NCBI GenBank assembly: GCA_964512315.1
Contig: CAZEIK010000003.1
Span: 22,548 to 86,547, forward strand
DNA from: an uncultured Candidatus Saccharibacteria bacterium
Lineage (GTDB): Bacteria; Patescibacteriota; Minisyncoccia; Phycocordibacterales; UBA5272
Direction: 5' to 3'
DNA: 64,000 nucleotides
The notes below the pieces were generated by a model. The model searched no databases. It saw only the letters and a list, made by a program, of their open reading frames with translations, and was not told the DNA's origin. Shown piece by piece: positions 29,231-39,221 of this stretch. The number at the start of each line of letters is the position of its first letter. Position 1 is the first letter of the stretch. The position numbers were made by a program, and so were the translations under genes.

Positions 29231-30547
29231 TTATGGCAATATTTCTTTAACTTTTAACTTTTCTACGTTTTTAGGAAAAATGTGAACCCAAAAAGGAGAT
29301 ATAGATATGTCAGCTTTTTCTATTGAAGAAAACTTAGACAGTATACTTGAATATTCTGTTTCATCTTTGGACAAAAGTTCCCGTTTAACTTTTTCATAAT
29401 CTACTGCATATATTAAATTACCTTTTCCTTTTACTGTTATTGTTTTGTCTTTTTGTATGTCTGACTTTGGAGAAATAATAATGTCATTATAAGTTTGTAT
29501 TCTATACTCATCTTTCTTGTCATAAGACTTGTTTACAACTTTGGCCACTCTGTCAGAAAAAGATTTGGAGTCTACCGCCAATACATAAACCGTACCGTAG
29601 ACTTGATATTCTGAGGCTTTACCTGACTCATAATCATTAAGATTGTTGGTGTACACAAAATACATAGTATTAGTAGCATAAAAATAACCCTCTAAGCTCT
29701 TAGCTAGTAAACTCTTAGTCAGTGAGTCTCTTAGGGAATTTTGCATCGAGGTGTCAGCTAAAGCTATTGCATCATCTGAAACTACATATCTCTCGCCAGC
29801 TGCCCCTCCTGTCATATTTTTATATGATTCCGCATAAAAGCCATCGTATCTAGAACTATTCTTGAATCCTGGTATAGTGAAGCGACTAGGCTTAATATTG
29901 TAATTATCACCGAAAGAGTCAGCTGTAACTTTTGCAGCAACAGACCCTGGGGTATTGCCTACTTTACCCGGCACCACAACTGAGTCAGTAATTCTAAAAA
30001 TTATTCCATTAGACTCAAATCTAGTATTCTTAACCAGTTTCTGAGTAGATTCACTATAATTATTATATATAGTAATCTCGCCGACAGCTTTTGATTGCAT
30101 TAACTTTTTCTCAGATCTTTCTAAAGACTTTTTGACCATATCTGAGCTACTAGCGAAATATCCAACTGTAGTAGACGCCAAATTAATCTCTGTGTCCACT
30201 GTAAAAGCGTAAACTCTTGGAGTTATGTTGATGGTGGCGCTATTCCAAACAAAAGTAAACATCATTATCGCAGCAAACAAGAATAACAATGACCCAGCGG
30301 AAAATAATGTAAACTTGCTAATCTTAAAACCTTCACTTTCTTCAGAACTTTGTCTTGCGTAATAACTTTTAATATCTCCTCTTACATCAAAATTATCATC
30401 TTCTGCATCAGTAGCGTACTCATCTGTCTCAAATTCTTCAACTTTTTTATATATCTCTCTTTGATGCGCACGCAAGCCTGGCTGCCTACTCTGGCTAACC
30501 GGTTTTCTAGACGGAGAACTTCGATAAGGTCTTTTGATATCGTCCAT
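29231..30547 (-). CDS. Hypothetical membrane-anchored protein with a disordered N-terminus.
   Basis: 438 aa, single TM helix, large extracytoplasmic domain. Confidence 0.5.
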   Translation of the reverse strand: MDDIKRPYRSSPSRKPVSQSRQPGLRAHQREIYKKVEEFETDEYATDAEDDNFDVRGDIKSYYARQSSEESEGFKISKFTLFSAGSLLFLFAAIMMFTFVWNSATINITPRVYAFTVDTEINLASTTVGYFASSSDMVKKSLERSEKKLMQSKAVGEITIYNNYSESTQKLVKNTRFESNGIIFRITDSVVVPGKVGNTPGSVAAKVTADSFGDNYNIKPSRFTIPGFKNSSRYDGFYAESYKNMTGGAAGERYVVSDDAIALADTSMQNSLRDSLTKSLLAKSLEGYFYATNTMYFVYTNNLNDYESGKASEYQVYGTVYVLAVDSKSFSDRVAKVVNKSYDKKDEYRIQTYNDIIISPKSDIQKDKTITVKGKGNLIYAVDYEKVKRELLSKDETEYSSILSKFSSIEKADISISPFWVHIFPKNVEKLKVKEILP

Positions 30548-30884
30548 AATTAGGTGTATTATCCAAAATTATAGCACGCACCTTATTTTTATTAGTAAAA
30601 AACTGTGCATAACCATACCTCTCTATAATACTTTGGAACCAAATCTGATTCTCTGCGACACGAACATAAACAGTAGTCGGTATTCTCTCGATATAAGATA
30701 TGCTATGCAGTGACCACAAAACATAAGAGAACCAATCATTAGCTGCAGACTCAGACAAATTTCTTTTATTTATTTCATCCAAACCAATAGGTGAAGTATA
30801 TTCAAACATTTTAATACCATTATCAATATACTCTATGTGAGTTCTGTCTTTTTCTATTGATAAAGTTAAAACGTTCTGATTCAT
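30507..30884 (-). CDS. Hypothetical protein.
   Basis: 125 aa ORF, host-like composition. Overlaps the neighbouring gene by 41 nt. Confidence 0.4.
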   Translation of the reverse strand: MNQNVLTLSIEKDRTHIEYIDNGIKMFEYTSPIGLDEINKRNLSESAANDWFSYVLWSLHSISYIERIPTTVYVRVAENQIWFQSIIERYGYAQFFTNKNKVRAIILDNTPNYGRYQKTLSKFSV

Positions 30885-30887
30885 TTA

Positions 30888-31169
30888 CTATTTAGAATTA
30901 TAAACAAAGAGTGCGGCTAGGACTGCTGGTATAAGAACGAAATATATATCTTCTACTCTAAAAAATACACCACTGTGTAAGAAATAAACTCTTATCGCTC
31001 TATATATATAAAATATTAGTACTGGCAAAAATGTTAACGCAGTGGCAACTTTCATAACATTATCCAAATTAGCGCTAGGAGACCCGCTCATAAGAGCAGC
31101 CGAAACAATAACAAAAAATGAATAACAGATCCAAAATACACCTGCGCCTAAAATTTTTACGAGCATCAT
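30888..31169 (-). CDS. Small hypothetical membrane protein (3 TM).
   Basis: 93 aa hydrophobic ORF. Confidence 0.4.
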   Translation of the reverse strand: MMLVKILGAGVFWICYSFFVIVSAALMSGSPSANLDNVMKVATALTFLPVLIFYIYRAIRVYFLHSGVFFRVEDIYFVLIPAVLAALFVYNSK

Positions 31170-31330
31170 AATAAATTAAGTGTATCAAAGTGTATGACTC
31201 AACGCCAGAAACTTTTCCTTAATAAAAAAGAGACCGCATTGCTGCAGTCTCAAGAGGTTGTGTGTACTGCGGTGGATAAGTCCGCATAATCCAAGTTAAT
31301 TATAAATTTAATAAAATTCAAAAGCAAGTC

Positions 31331-33226
31331 CTACTCCAACACTGCCTTGATACGGCGTACACCTTGGGAGACGGCTTCTTCTTTTGTGATTTTGAATGTT
31401 CCCATGTTGCCAGTTGACTCCACATGTGGACCACCACAGAACTCAAGAGAAAAGTCGCCCACATGATACACGCTAACTGTCTCGCCATATTTGTTATCGA
31501 ACACTCCTATCGCACCCATTTCGCGAGCCTTCTCATATGGAACCTCTTCGCGAGTAACAATTAAATTCTTCTTAATGTTTTCATTTACAATATCTTCAAC
31601 TTTCTTAATCTCATCAGGCGTCATTTTGCCATCATGTGAGAAGTCGAATCGCAATCTCTCGCTAGTGATATTACTGCCCTTTTGATATACATGATCACCC
31701 AGGACCTGACGCAACGCCTCATGCAACATATGTGTTGCTGTGTGGTATTTTGTCTCCATCTCTCCGTCACCACCTAGTCCACCTTTGAATTTACCCACAC
31801 TTGCAGTGCGAGAGGCTTCAGAGTGTTGTTGTTTTAATACTTTAAACCCCTCTGTATCAACTTTTAATCCTTTCTCTTTAGCTAACTCTTCTGTTAACTC
31901 TATTGGGAATCCAAAACTTTGTAAAAGATTGAATGCATCATTAGCATTTATGTTTGCGCTCGATATTTTCTCAAACTCTTTTAAGCCATTCTCTATAGTT
32001 TTTCTGAACTTTGTCTCTTCTTGATCTATGGCGGATTTGATCTCATCTTTCTTTTCAGAAAGGTCTTTGTACTCAGCAGAATAAACATCTATAAAAGTCT
32101 GGGCAACGCGAGCTGTAAAGTTCTCATTAATATTTAACTTCTTTGCAAATCTAACTGCGCGACGAATCAGACGGCGCACGAAATACTGCTGATCTTTGTT
32201 ACCTGGCATCACATCATCACCAATCAAAAATGTTGCTGCACGCAAGTGGTCTAGTATTACTCTGTAGGCATAGACATTGTCACCTTCGTATTTTTGTTTT
32301 GAAATCTCTTCTATAATATTCTTAGCCTCTCCGAATACATCTATATTAAATACATCCGGGTCATCGTTAAGTGCAGCTACAATACGCTCAAGACCTCCTC
32401 CAAAGTCAACATTCTTTTGTTTCAACTCCTCCACACCATCTTCTGTGCGCATATATTGCATGAATACATTGTTGCCAATCTCAACGAATCTACCACAATC
32501 ACAATTAACATGACATGGCTCACTAGCCCACTGACTATTCTTGTGCAAGACTTTTTCTTTATCATGTTCAAAATCATAGAACATCTCAGTATCTGGTCCT
32601 CCTGGCTCACCAACTGGCATATTCTCCGGCACTCCAGCGCGACTCCACCAATTCTTCTTATCAGGGAAGCAGAATATCCTCTCACCATCACGCATACCGT
32701 CCACTTCTGATGTAACGCCAACATTTGCAGTTATTCCTAATGCTGCAAATTTCTCTTGCCATTTAGTGATAGCCACCTCATCGCGACCTATGCCGAGCGA
32801 CTCATTGCCACGATAAACAGTAAAATATAATCTGTTCGGATCTAATTTGATCTTATTAACCAAAAAGTCCCACATTATATCAATCTGTCCCTCTTTAAAG
32901 AAGTCACCGAGTGACCAATTACCGAGCATTTCAAAAAATGTTGTGTGGCGATTGTCTCCTACCTCTTCTATATCTTGTGAACGAAAGCATTTCTGACTGT
33001 CTGCAATACGAGACCCTAACGGATGAGGTTGACCCAGGAGATAAGGCAACATTGGCTGCATACCTGAACCGGTAAATAGTGTTGTCGGGTCATTGTCTGG
33101 AACTAGCTTAGACGAAGCGATTATGGCATGACCATTTTCTTTCATGTGTGTCAGGAATTGCTCGCGCACCAGATTGGTTGTAACTTTATTCATATTTAAA
33201 ATATAACACAAAAGACTATTCCACAA
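31331..33226 (-). CDS. alaS: Alanyl-tRNA synthetase, short form lacking the C-terminal C-Ala domain.
   Basis: Class II catalytic core (FTGSGMQP), editing domain HxxxH/CxxxH (HTATHMLH...CGGPHV). 631 aa. Confidence 0.9.
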   Translation of the reverse strand: MWNSLLCYILNMNKVTTNLVREQFLTHMKENGHAIIASSKLVPDNDPTTLFTGSGMQPMLPYLLGQPHPLGSRIADSQKCFRSQDIEEVGDNRHTTFFEMLGNWSLGDFFKEGQIDIMWDFLVNKIKLDPNRLYFTVYRGNESLGIGRDEVAITKWQEKFAALGITANVGVTSEVDGMRDGERIFCFPDKKNWWSRAGVPENMPVGEPGGPDTEMFYDFEHDKEKVLHKNSQWASEPCHVNCDCGRFVEIGNNVFMQYMRTEDGVEELKQKNVDFGGGLERIVAALNDDPDVFNIDVFGEAKNIIEEISKQKYEGDNVYAYRVILDHLRAATFLIGDDVMPGNKDQQYFVRRLIRRAVRFAKKLNINENFTARVAQTFIDVYSAEYKDLSEKKDEIKSAIDQEETKFRKTIENGLKEFEKISSANINANDAFNLLQSFGFPIELTEELAKEKGLKVDTEGFKVLKQQHSEASRTASVGKFKGGLGGDGEMETKYHTATHMLHEALRQVLGDHVYQKGSNITSERLRFDFSHDGKMTPDEIKKVEDIVNENIKKNLIVTREEVPYEKAREMGAIGVFDNKYGETVSVYHVGDFSLEFCGGPHVESTGNMGTFKITKEEAVSQGVRRIKAVLE

Positions 33227-34175
33227 AAGACGGCCTCCCGCGCAAGCTTCTTGTCTCTACAGTCTTGTATATTACATGTCCCGAGTTATCTATATCCATA
33301 ATTACTCCTAAGCCCTGTTGAGTAGATGTAGAAAAGTACTGGTCGAAAACGAAATTGCCAAGCGAATAATAAATAGGCACCCCATGATAATACCCAACAT
33401 CTTGAACAACATGTGGGTGGGCACCAATAACGAGATCAACTCCAGCGTCTATCATCTTGTGAGCCAAATCTTCTTGGAATTTGTTGTGAACCTTGTCATA
33501 TTCATTACCCCAATGTATATAAATCACAATGCCAGCATCCACGAATTTCTTGTCTAACTCTTTTATATTTTCAATTATTACATTCTCATCAAAATCGTAA
33601 TTAATAACGTTAACACCATAGATAATAACGTCATGACCACCAAGCTTCGCCACTATAACGTCTTTGTTTGTATTATCAAAATTCCCAGTGTAGGCAATAC
33701 CAACTTCATTCAAAACTTTCTTGCTATTCTCATAACCAGCCACACCGTGATCGTAACCGTGATTATTAGCAAGAGATACGGCGTCGAGCCCTAATGTTCC
33801 AAGCTTTTGTATTATGTCAGAACGAAAAGAAAATTGAAATCCAAGATTGCTAGTATGCACGTGTTTTTCTGGTATTGGACCTTCGAGATTAGCAACAGTG
33901 AATGTGTCACTGAACATTCTAGTGGCCGAAGAGAACATATAGTCGAATCCCTTTTTATCTATGCTGGTCTCGACATCACGACCAACCATTATGTCTCCTA
34001 AGAAAAGTATTGGCTTGTTCTCAATTTTGTTCTCATTTTCCACTATTTGTTCCTGTTTTGTACTTGTATATACAAGGTCCTGTTTTTGGGTTTGTTTTCT
34101 AAATATAAAAACCACCAAAACACCTACCAGTGCAAGAAAAAGTATAGCTAATAATATTTTCTTAGTTCTCATCTT
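33216..34175 (-). CDS. CapA-family metallophosphoesterase (poly-gamma-glutamate biosynthesis CapA-like), membrane anchored.
   Basis: CapA motifs GDIMVGRDV, ANLEGP, SLANNH, IHWGNEY, GAHPHV. Start moved to ATG 34175 because the upstream part of the tracked ORF is the tRNA-Thr gene. Confidence 0.7.
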   Translation of the reverse strand, partial: KMRTKKILLAILFLALVGVLVVFIFRKQTQKQDLVYTSTKQEQIVENENKIENKPILFLGDIMVGRDVETSIDKKGFDYMFSSATRMFSDTFTVANLEGPIPEKHVHTSNLGFQFSFRSDIIQKLGTLGLDAVSLANNHGYDHGVAGYENSKKVLNEVGIAYTGNFDNTNKDVIVAKLGGHDVIIYGVNVINYDFDENVIIENIKELDKKFVDAGIVIYIHWGNEYDKVHNKFQEDLAHKMIDAGVDLVIGAHPHVVQDVGYYHGVPIYYSLGNFVFDQYFSTSTQQGLGVIMDIDNSGHVIYKTVETRSLRGRPSFVE

Positions 34176-34189
34176 AAAAGTATAGCAAA

Positions 34190-34265
34190 TGGAGCCGACG
34201 ACCGGGATTGAACCGGTGACCTCGTCATTACCAATGACGTGCTCTACCAACTGAGCTACGACGGC
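34190..34265 (-). tRNA. tRNA-Thr(GGU).
   Basis: Cloverleaf read by eye: GCCGTCGTAGCTCAGTTGGTAGAGCACGTCATTGGTAATGACGAGGTCACCGGTTCAATCCCGGTCGTCGGCTCCA, anticodon loop TTGGTAA. Confidence 0.85.
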
Positions 34266-34290
34266 GAATAGCAAAGATTATAACACAAAT

Positions 34291-34998
34291 CTATTTCTTT
34301 TTGCTTTGGATTTTGGCTAAGGATTCCATTTTCCATTCATCTATCAATTTGTGATTGCCGGATAACAAGACTTTAGGCACAGCGTACCTCTTGCCATTGT
34401 GCTCATACACCTCAGGGCGGGCATATATCTCATGCGTGCTAACCCTAGTCTCCTCTAGACTGTTCTCATCATGCAATACACCTTTTACTTGTCTTGAGAT
34501 GGAGTCAATACAAACCATAGCGGCTAACTCGCCACCAGTTAACACATAGTTGCCTATACTCCACTCGCTAGCCTTTAAAATCTTTTTTACTCTACTGTCC
34601 ACTCCTTCGTATCTGCCACATATAAAAATAATATCTGTGTAATTCTTGGCAGATTTCTTGGCTGTCTCTGTTCTGAACTCTTCACCCCCTGGACTAAATA
34701 GTACTATTTTAACTTTTGACTTATTCTCAGACTTTTTATCTTTCTTGTCTATATCTTTTTTTATCTTTTCTACAAGGTTAACAATAGGGTCAACCCACAT
34801 GACCATACCAGGACCTCCTCCATAAGGTCTGCCATCCACACGCTTGTGTTTGTCCTTGGTATACTCACGCAAAGCATAAGTCTTCACATTGATTAGCTTA
34901 TTGTCTATAGCACGAGAAATAATGCTCTCAGCGAAATACGACTGGAACATTTCTGGGAATATTGTAACTATATGATATGTTAAAGCCCGCTTCTTCAC
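34291..34998 (-). CDS. trmD: tRNA (guanine37-N1)-methyltransferase TrmD.
   Basis: SPOUT knot motifs. 235 aa. Confidence 0.93.
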   Translation of the reverse strand: MKKRALTYHIVTIFPEMFQSYFAESIISRAIDNKLINVKTYALREYTKDKHKRVDGRPYGGGPGMVMWVDPIVNLVEKIKKDIDKKDKKSENKSKVKIVLFSPGGEEFRTETAKKSAKNYTDIIFICGRYEGVDSRVKKILKASEWSIGNYVLTGGELAAMVCIDSISRQVKGVLHDENSLEETRVSTHEIYARPEVYEHNGKRYAVPKVLLSGNHKLIDEWKMESLAKIQSKKK

Positions 34999-35036
34999 GG
35001 GCTTAACATTACATTATTTTTGACTTTTTGTCGAAA

Positions 35037-35333
35037 TTACTCGTGTATAAAGCTGTCCTCTACGTGCTGAGTTGGGGTATGTGTGCTGCCAGCTGGCTCG
35101 TTAATTTTAAGATTAACGCGAGCGTTATTCTTCATACCAACAACACGGAGTATCGTTCTGATTGCTTTTGCAGTATTACCCATCTTACCAATAACCTTTG
35201 GCATGTCGTGAGAATCAACATCGAGAGTAATCAGCACCCCCATCTCATCCACCTTGCGAGTAACTACTACCTTATCCGGATTATCTACAATAGACTTAAC
35301 AACGTATTCTACGAATTCTTGATCTTTGTGCAT
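35037..35333 (-). CDS. KH-domain RNA-binding protein (KhpA/YlqC-like).
   Basis: VIGKMGNTAKAIRTIL, i.e. the GxxG KH motif. Conserved position between rpsP and trmD. Confidence 0.75.
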   Translation of the reverse strand: MHKDQEFVEYVVKSIVDNPDKVVVTRKVDEMGVLITLDVDSHDMPKVIGKMGNTAKAIRTILRVVGMKNNARVNLKINEPAGSTHTPTQHVEDSFIHE

Positions 35334-35372
35334 ATATTTAATTGTTATGTTACTAGTGTAACAAAAGGTCAA

Positions 35373-35669
35373 CTATTTTGCTGCCTCTTTTTTAACAGGT
35401 GACTTCTTAGGAAGAACGTTTATCTTTCTACCCTCTAGAACTCCTTTTGAAATAAGAAGGTTGTAAACAGTAGGACTAGCTTGAGCTCCAACTCCCATCC
35501 AATATTTAACACGATCAGCCTTACACTCGAACTCTCCAGCTTTAACATTGTAAGTTCCTAATATCTCGTTGTATTGAGTAGTTTTAGGTTTTAGATAGTG
35601 AGGAGTAACCACAAGGCGAAAATGTGGATCATTCTTGCGACCTATTCTTTGTAGACGAATTTTTAGCAT
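35373..35669 (-). CDS. rpsP: 30S ribosomal protein S16.
   Basis: MLKIRLQRIGRKNDPHFRLVV. Confidence 0.95.
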   Translation of the reverse strand: MLKIRLQRIGRKNDPHFRLVVTPHYLKPKTTQYNEILGTYNVKAGEFECKADRVKYWMGVGAQASPTVYNLLISKGVLEGRKINVLPKKSPVKKEAAK

Positions 35670-35710
35670 ATAAATTTAAGTGAAAGTATTATAACACATA
35701 TTTTAAAAAA

Positions 35711-35739
35711 GAAAAAGCCCGCTCGGGAGAAGGCTTTTT
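35711..35739. terminator. Intrinsic terminator (reads on both strands).
   Basis: aaaaagcc-cgctcgggagaa-ggcttttt. Confidence 0.6.
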
Positions 35740-35756
35740 ACTGGACCCAGAGATGG

Positions 35757-36302
35757 TTAACGTTTTACGAGATTGTCCTTCAGTGGTGGATGATCGTCAG
35801 CAAGGCGTCCGTTAAGTTCCTTATGACAACTAAGACATGTGTACATGAGTCGAGCATTTCCCCAGCAATTAGTTAATGTTTTCTTCTCTTGCAGACCATC
35901 GACACATGGCTTGTGATGACAGGGCTTAGTTTTGTCGAGTTCAAAACTTGGTCCATGACATGTCCACCAAGCAATATGACCATTCTTTGGCCAAAGTTGC
36001 TCGAGCAGTTGCTCAATTGTTGGTTCTGGCATGCCACCTTCCAACTTTTCTAACTGACTCAAGTCCAAACCCTCAACTACAAGGTATTCATCTTTTTGTT
36101 TTGTCCACCCATGAAATACAAAATCTGAAACGGTGTGGGCATTGCACAAAACTCTTGGGAAGTTTACAGTTGCCAAACCTTTCCGAGTAATAGCAACGAT
36201 AACCCCTGGCGTACCGTCATCACCCATATACGTATCTGGAGTAACAACTTTTACGACATCACCAACCTTAAGGTCAGCGCGAACAGTGACTTGATTGCTC
36301 AT
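35757..36302 (-). CDS. Orphan 181-aa Cys/His-rich protein in a compositionally foreign cassette (about 52% GC).
   Basis: Ribosome-binding site ACGGAG. C-terminus contains CxxCH (CLSCH), CHGP and CHHKPC motifs. Followed by its own terminator. Confidence 0.5.
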   Translation of the reverse strand: MSNQVTVRADLKVGDVVKVVTPDTYMGDDGTPGVIVAITRKGLATVNFPRVLCNAHTVSDFVFHGWTKQKDEYLVVEGLDLSQLEKLEGGMPEPTIEQLLEQLWPKNGHIAWWTCHGPSFELDKTKPCHHKPCVDGLQEKKTLTNCWGNARLMYTCLSCHKELNGRLADDHPPLKDNLVKR

Positions 36303-36366
36303 AGCAACACTCCGTTTGTTGATCTAAACAAAAACTACTCTTTATGTAAGAAATTGTCAACAAAAG

Positions 36367-38271
36367 TTAATCTATAAGTTTGTAGTCGAGCTGGCGCATC
36401 TCAAGGTCAGCCTGCTTAACCTCAATCCTTACAATATCACCAATTCTCCACTCTTTACCCTCACGCTCACCGAATACACGCTGCCTCTTCTCATCATAAA
36501 CATAAAAGTCATTACCCAGGTCACGAAGTCTTATCATACCTTCACATTTAGACTTCTTCTCTTCTACAAAGATACCCCATTTTGCAACACCTGAGACCAC
36601 TCCTTCGAATACTTGACCAACTCTCTCAGACATATACTCTACTTGCTTATACTTGATACTACCACGCTCAGCATCTGCCGCCTCCTTCTCACGAAGGCTA
36701 GCATGTAGACACAGCTTCTCAAGTGCAGATCTCTCTTCCTCTTGTGGCATATCACTATGCAGCACCCTGTCTAACAATCTGTGAGTTAGAACGTCTGGGT
36801 AACGACGAATTGGTGAAGTAAAGTGTGAATAATATTCAAAAGCTAATCCATAATGCCCAACATTATCAGTGCTGTACACCGCCTTCTGCATGCTGCGAGT
36901 TATGTTTGTTTGGAGCAAGTCCTTCTCAGGTCTACCTTCTACTTTTTTAAGAAGATCGTTAAGATCTTGTGAAGGTATAACCCCGTCAGTGAATCTAACT
37001 GTATAACCCAGAGCTTTGATGAATAAATTAAGATCATGCATCTTCTCAGCATCAGGCTTATCATGAATACGATAAATACAAATTGGCTTTTTCAACTTCT
37101 GACTCTTGGTTATAAACTCTGAGACTTTGCGATTAGCTAATAGCATCAGCTCCTCTATCATCTTATGAGTGTCACCACGGACTTTGATATATACATCAAC
37201 TGGCTTACCATTCTCATCTAACTTGAACTTAACCTCTTCACTGTCTAATGACAATGCACCATTCTCGAATCGGGCTTTGGTCATTTTCTTAGCTATATTA
37301 TTCAAAATATGCAGCTCCTCGCTGTGTAGCCCATTACTATCCATTGACTCCTGAGCGTTCTCATAAGTGAACCTTTTGGCACTATTAATAACCGAGCGAC
37401 CATACCACTCTTCATAAATATTACAATCATCATCAATTGTAAAAACAGCACTCATAACTAGTCTATCTTTTCCTTCCACAAGACTACATAGATCATTAGA
37501 AAGCTCCTCAGGTAACATCGGTATACATCTGTCCACCAAGTAGACACTAGTCTCGCGCTCAATAGCCTCTTCGTCTAAGTGAGTACCAGGCTTAACATAA
37601 TAACTAACGTCTGCAATGTGTATACCGACTTCGTATTTGCCATCACCTAGATTCTTAAATGATATAGCATCATCAAAATCCTTAGCGTCAGCCGGGTCAA
37701 TTGTAAATGTTAATGTATTTCTAAAGTCTCTTCTGCCTACTATGTCAGTCTCAGTTATCCCTCTCTCTTGCAGAGCATGCGCCTCTTTTGCAACTTCTAC
37801 TTTATGTTCATCGCTGAATCCGCGCTCAAGAGCATAAGCCAGCATCTCTGCATTATTCTCACCAGGACGACCCAACACCTTGACTACGCGACCCCATGGC
37901 ATCTCACGAGCATTCTGCCACTCTATTATCTCAACTGCCACTTTCATACCAGGCTCAGCATCCATAGCCGCATCCTTTTTAACTAGAATGTTAGTGTATG
38001 TCTTTTTATCATGAGGAACTAAGACATATACACCTTTCTCCTCTTTGAGTATACCGGCGTGAGCATGCTTGCCTCTGGACTCGATACTAAGTATCTTGCC
38101 GAACATTTGACCATCATCTTGCTTGCCGAGCACCTCAACAGTAACCCTGTCCCCCTGAAGAGCGGTAGCGAGATGTATGCTGCTAACGAAAATACTTTGA
38201 TAATCTAGCTCCGGAACACGAACATATGCGTCATTGTCCTTGGTTATCGATACTGTACCTTGATAAGTCAT
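36367..38271 (-). CDS. rnr: Ribonuclease R / RNase II family 3'-5' exoribonuclease.
   Basis: RNB catalytic domain (DxxDxDDA...), C-terminal S1 domain. 634 aa. Confidence 0.9.
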   Translation of the reverse strand: MTYQGTVSITKDNDAYVRVPELDYQSIFVSSIHLATALQGDRVTVEVLGKQDDGQMFGKILSIESRGKHAHAGILKEEKGVYVLVPHDKKTYTNILVKKDAAMDAEPGMKVAVEIIEWQNAREMPWGRVVKVLGRPGENNAEMLAYALERGFSDEHKVEVAKEAHALQERGITETDIVGRRDFRNTLTFTIDPADAKDFDDAISFKNLGDGKYEVGIHIADVSYYVKPGTHLDEEAIERETSVYLVDRCIPMLPEELSNDLCSLVEGKDRLVMSAVFTIDDDCNIYEEWYGRSVINSAKRFTYENAQESMDSNGLHSEELHILNNIAKKMTKARFENGALSLDSEEVKFKLDENGKPVDVYIKVRGDTHKMIEELMLLANRKVSEFITKSQKLKKPICIYRIHDKPDAEKMHDLNLFIKALGYTVRFTDGVIPSQDLNDLLKKVEGRPEKDLLQTNITRSMQKAVYSTDNVGHYGLAFEYYSHFTSPIRRYPDVLTHRLLDRVLHSDMPQEEERSALEKLCLHASLREKEAADAERGSIKYKQVEYMSERVGQVFEGVVSGVAKWGIFVEEKKSKCEGMIRLRDLGNDFYVYDEKRQRVFGEREGKEWRIGDIVRIEVKQADLEMRQLDYKLID

Positions 38272-38288
38272 TGCTATCGATTATAACA

Positions 38289-38579
38289 CTACTTAACCTC
38301 GTCTCCTACACGCTTACCTTCTATATATGTCTCTAAGAATCTAAGCTCAGCCGCAACTGACTCATCCCAAGTCTCTCCAGTTTCAAGTGCACGACGTTTC
38401 GCCATATAGTTAATATATGTTGGATATATTAGCTCAGGGTAAGCATTAAAAAGTCTATATATTTCAATCTGATTATCAATAGGAAGTGTTGCAATACCAG
38501 CCTCAAAAGCCCTAACCTCTGGATAAGACATATTGCTCGCACGTATAAGATCTCTTAATTGCTTGATAATTTGCTTCAT
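38289..38579 (-). CDS. Hypothetical protein (96 aa).
   Basis: ORF only. Confidence 0.35.
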   Translation of the reverse strand: MKQIIKQLRDLIRASNMSYPEVRAFEAGIATLPIDNQIEIYRLFNAYPELIYPTYINYMAKRRALETGETWDESVAAELRFLETYIEGKRVGDEVK

Positions 38580-38623
38580 TTATATGATTAAACTAACACT
38601 AATGTTTTTTTAAGTCAAACAAC

Positions 38624-38923
38624 TTATACAGACTTATTTATTTGCTCACCAGCAATTATAAGTGTTGCAATAGCGTCAGCTTGCCTTAACAAACTAGCAG
38701 CATCTTCACCTCCATCCTCTAAAACACCCTTAGCAGAAGCAATGTCTGCAACCCTAAACATATCTTTCAACCTCGTTGCCAATTCTTCATCTCTAACAAT
38801 TTTGCCTTCATTGTCTTCAACTTTGTCTGTAAGGACTGGTACTGAGTCTAGGTCAACAACTTCAGTATCTTCCACACCACTCTCGTTACCATTTGCACCC
38901 AAGCCTCTTAATTCCAATGACAT
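38624..38923 (-). CDS. Hypothetical acidic protein (about 100 aa from ATG 38923).
   Basis: ORF only. The track's start at 38968 is GTG. Confidence 0.3.
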   Translation of the reverse strand: MSLELRGLGANGNESGVEDTEVVDLDSVPVLTDKVEDNEGKIVRDEELATRLKDMFRVADIASAKGVLEDGGEDAASLLRQADAIATLIIAGEQINKSV

Positions 38924-39050
38924 AAAGTTATAGATAAATGTTTTTAATACTTTCGAGTGTACACCCACATGACGGACTTAATCAAGTCGAAAATGTGTGT
39001 TATAATAATCAAACTTGAATTTTAGATACAAATTCTAAATTTTAAGAGTT

Positions 39051-39122
39051 TGGCGGATCGTCTAATGGTAGGACAGCAGCCTTTGAAGCTGTGAATATAA
39101 GTTCGATTCTTATTCCGCCAGC
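39051..39122 (+). tRNA. tRNA-Gln(UUG).
   Basis: U1:A72 acceptor pair, TGGCGGA...TCCGCCA, anticodon loop CTTTGAA, T-loop TTCGATT. Confidence 0.8.
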
Positions 39123-39221
39123 AACTGTTTTAAATATAACTTAATCTATTGTCAAAATAGACGTGACTTATGTTGTCACAGATTTTTTATAATAAACACT
39201 AATAAATGTTATGCTACAAAT

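Noticed and set aside
34176-34274. N-terminal extension of the tracked ORF 33216-34274 (MLFAVVAQLVEHVIGNDEVTGSIPVVGS...).
   Set aside because: This stretch is the antisense translation of the tRNA-Thr gene. The CapA-like CDS starts at the internal ATG (34175).
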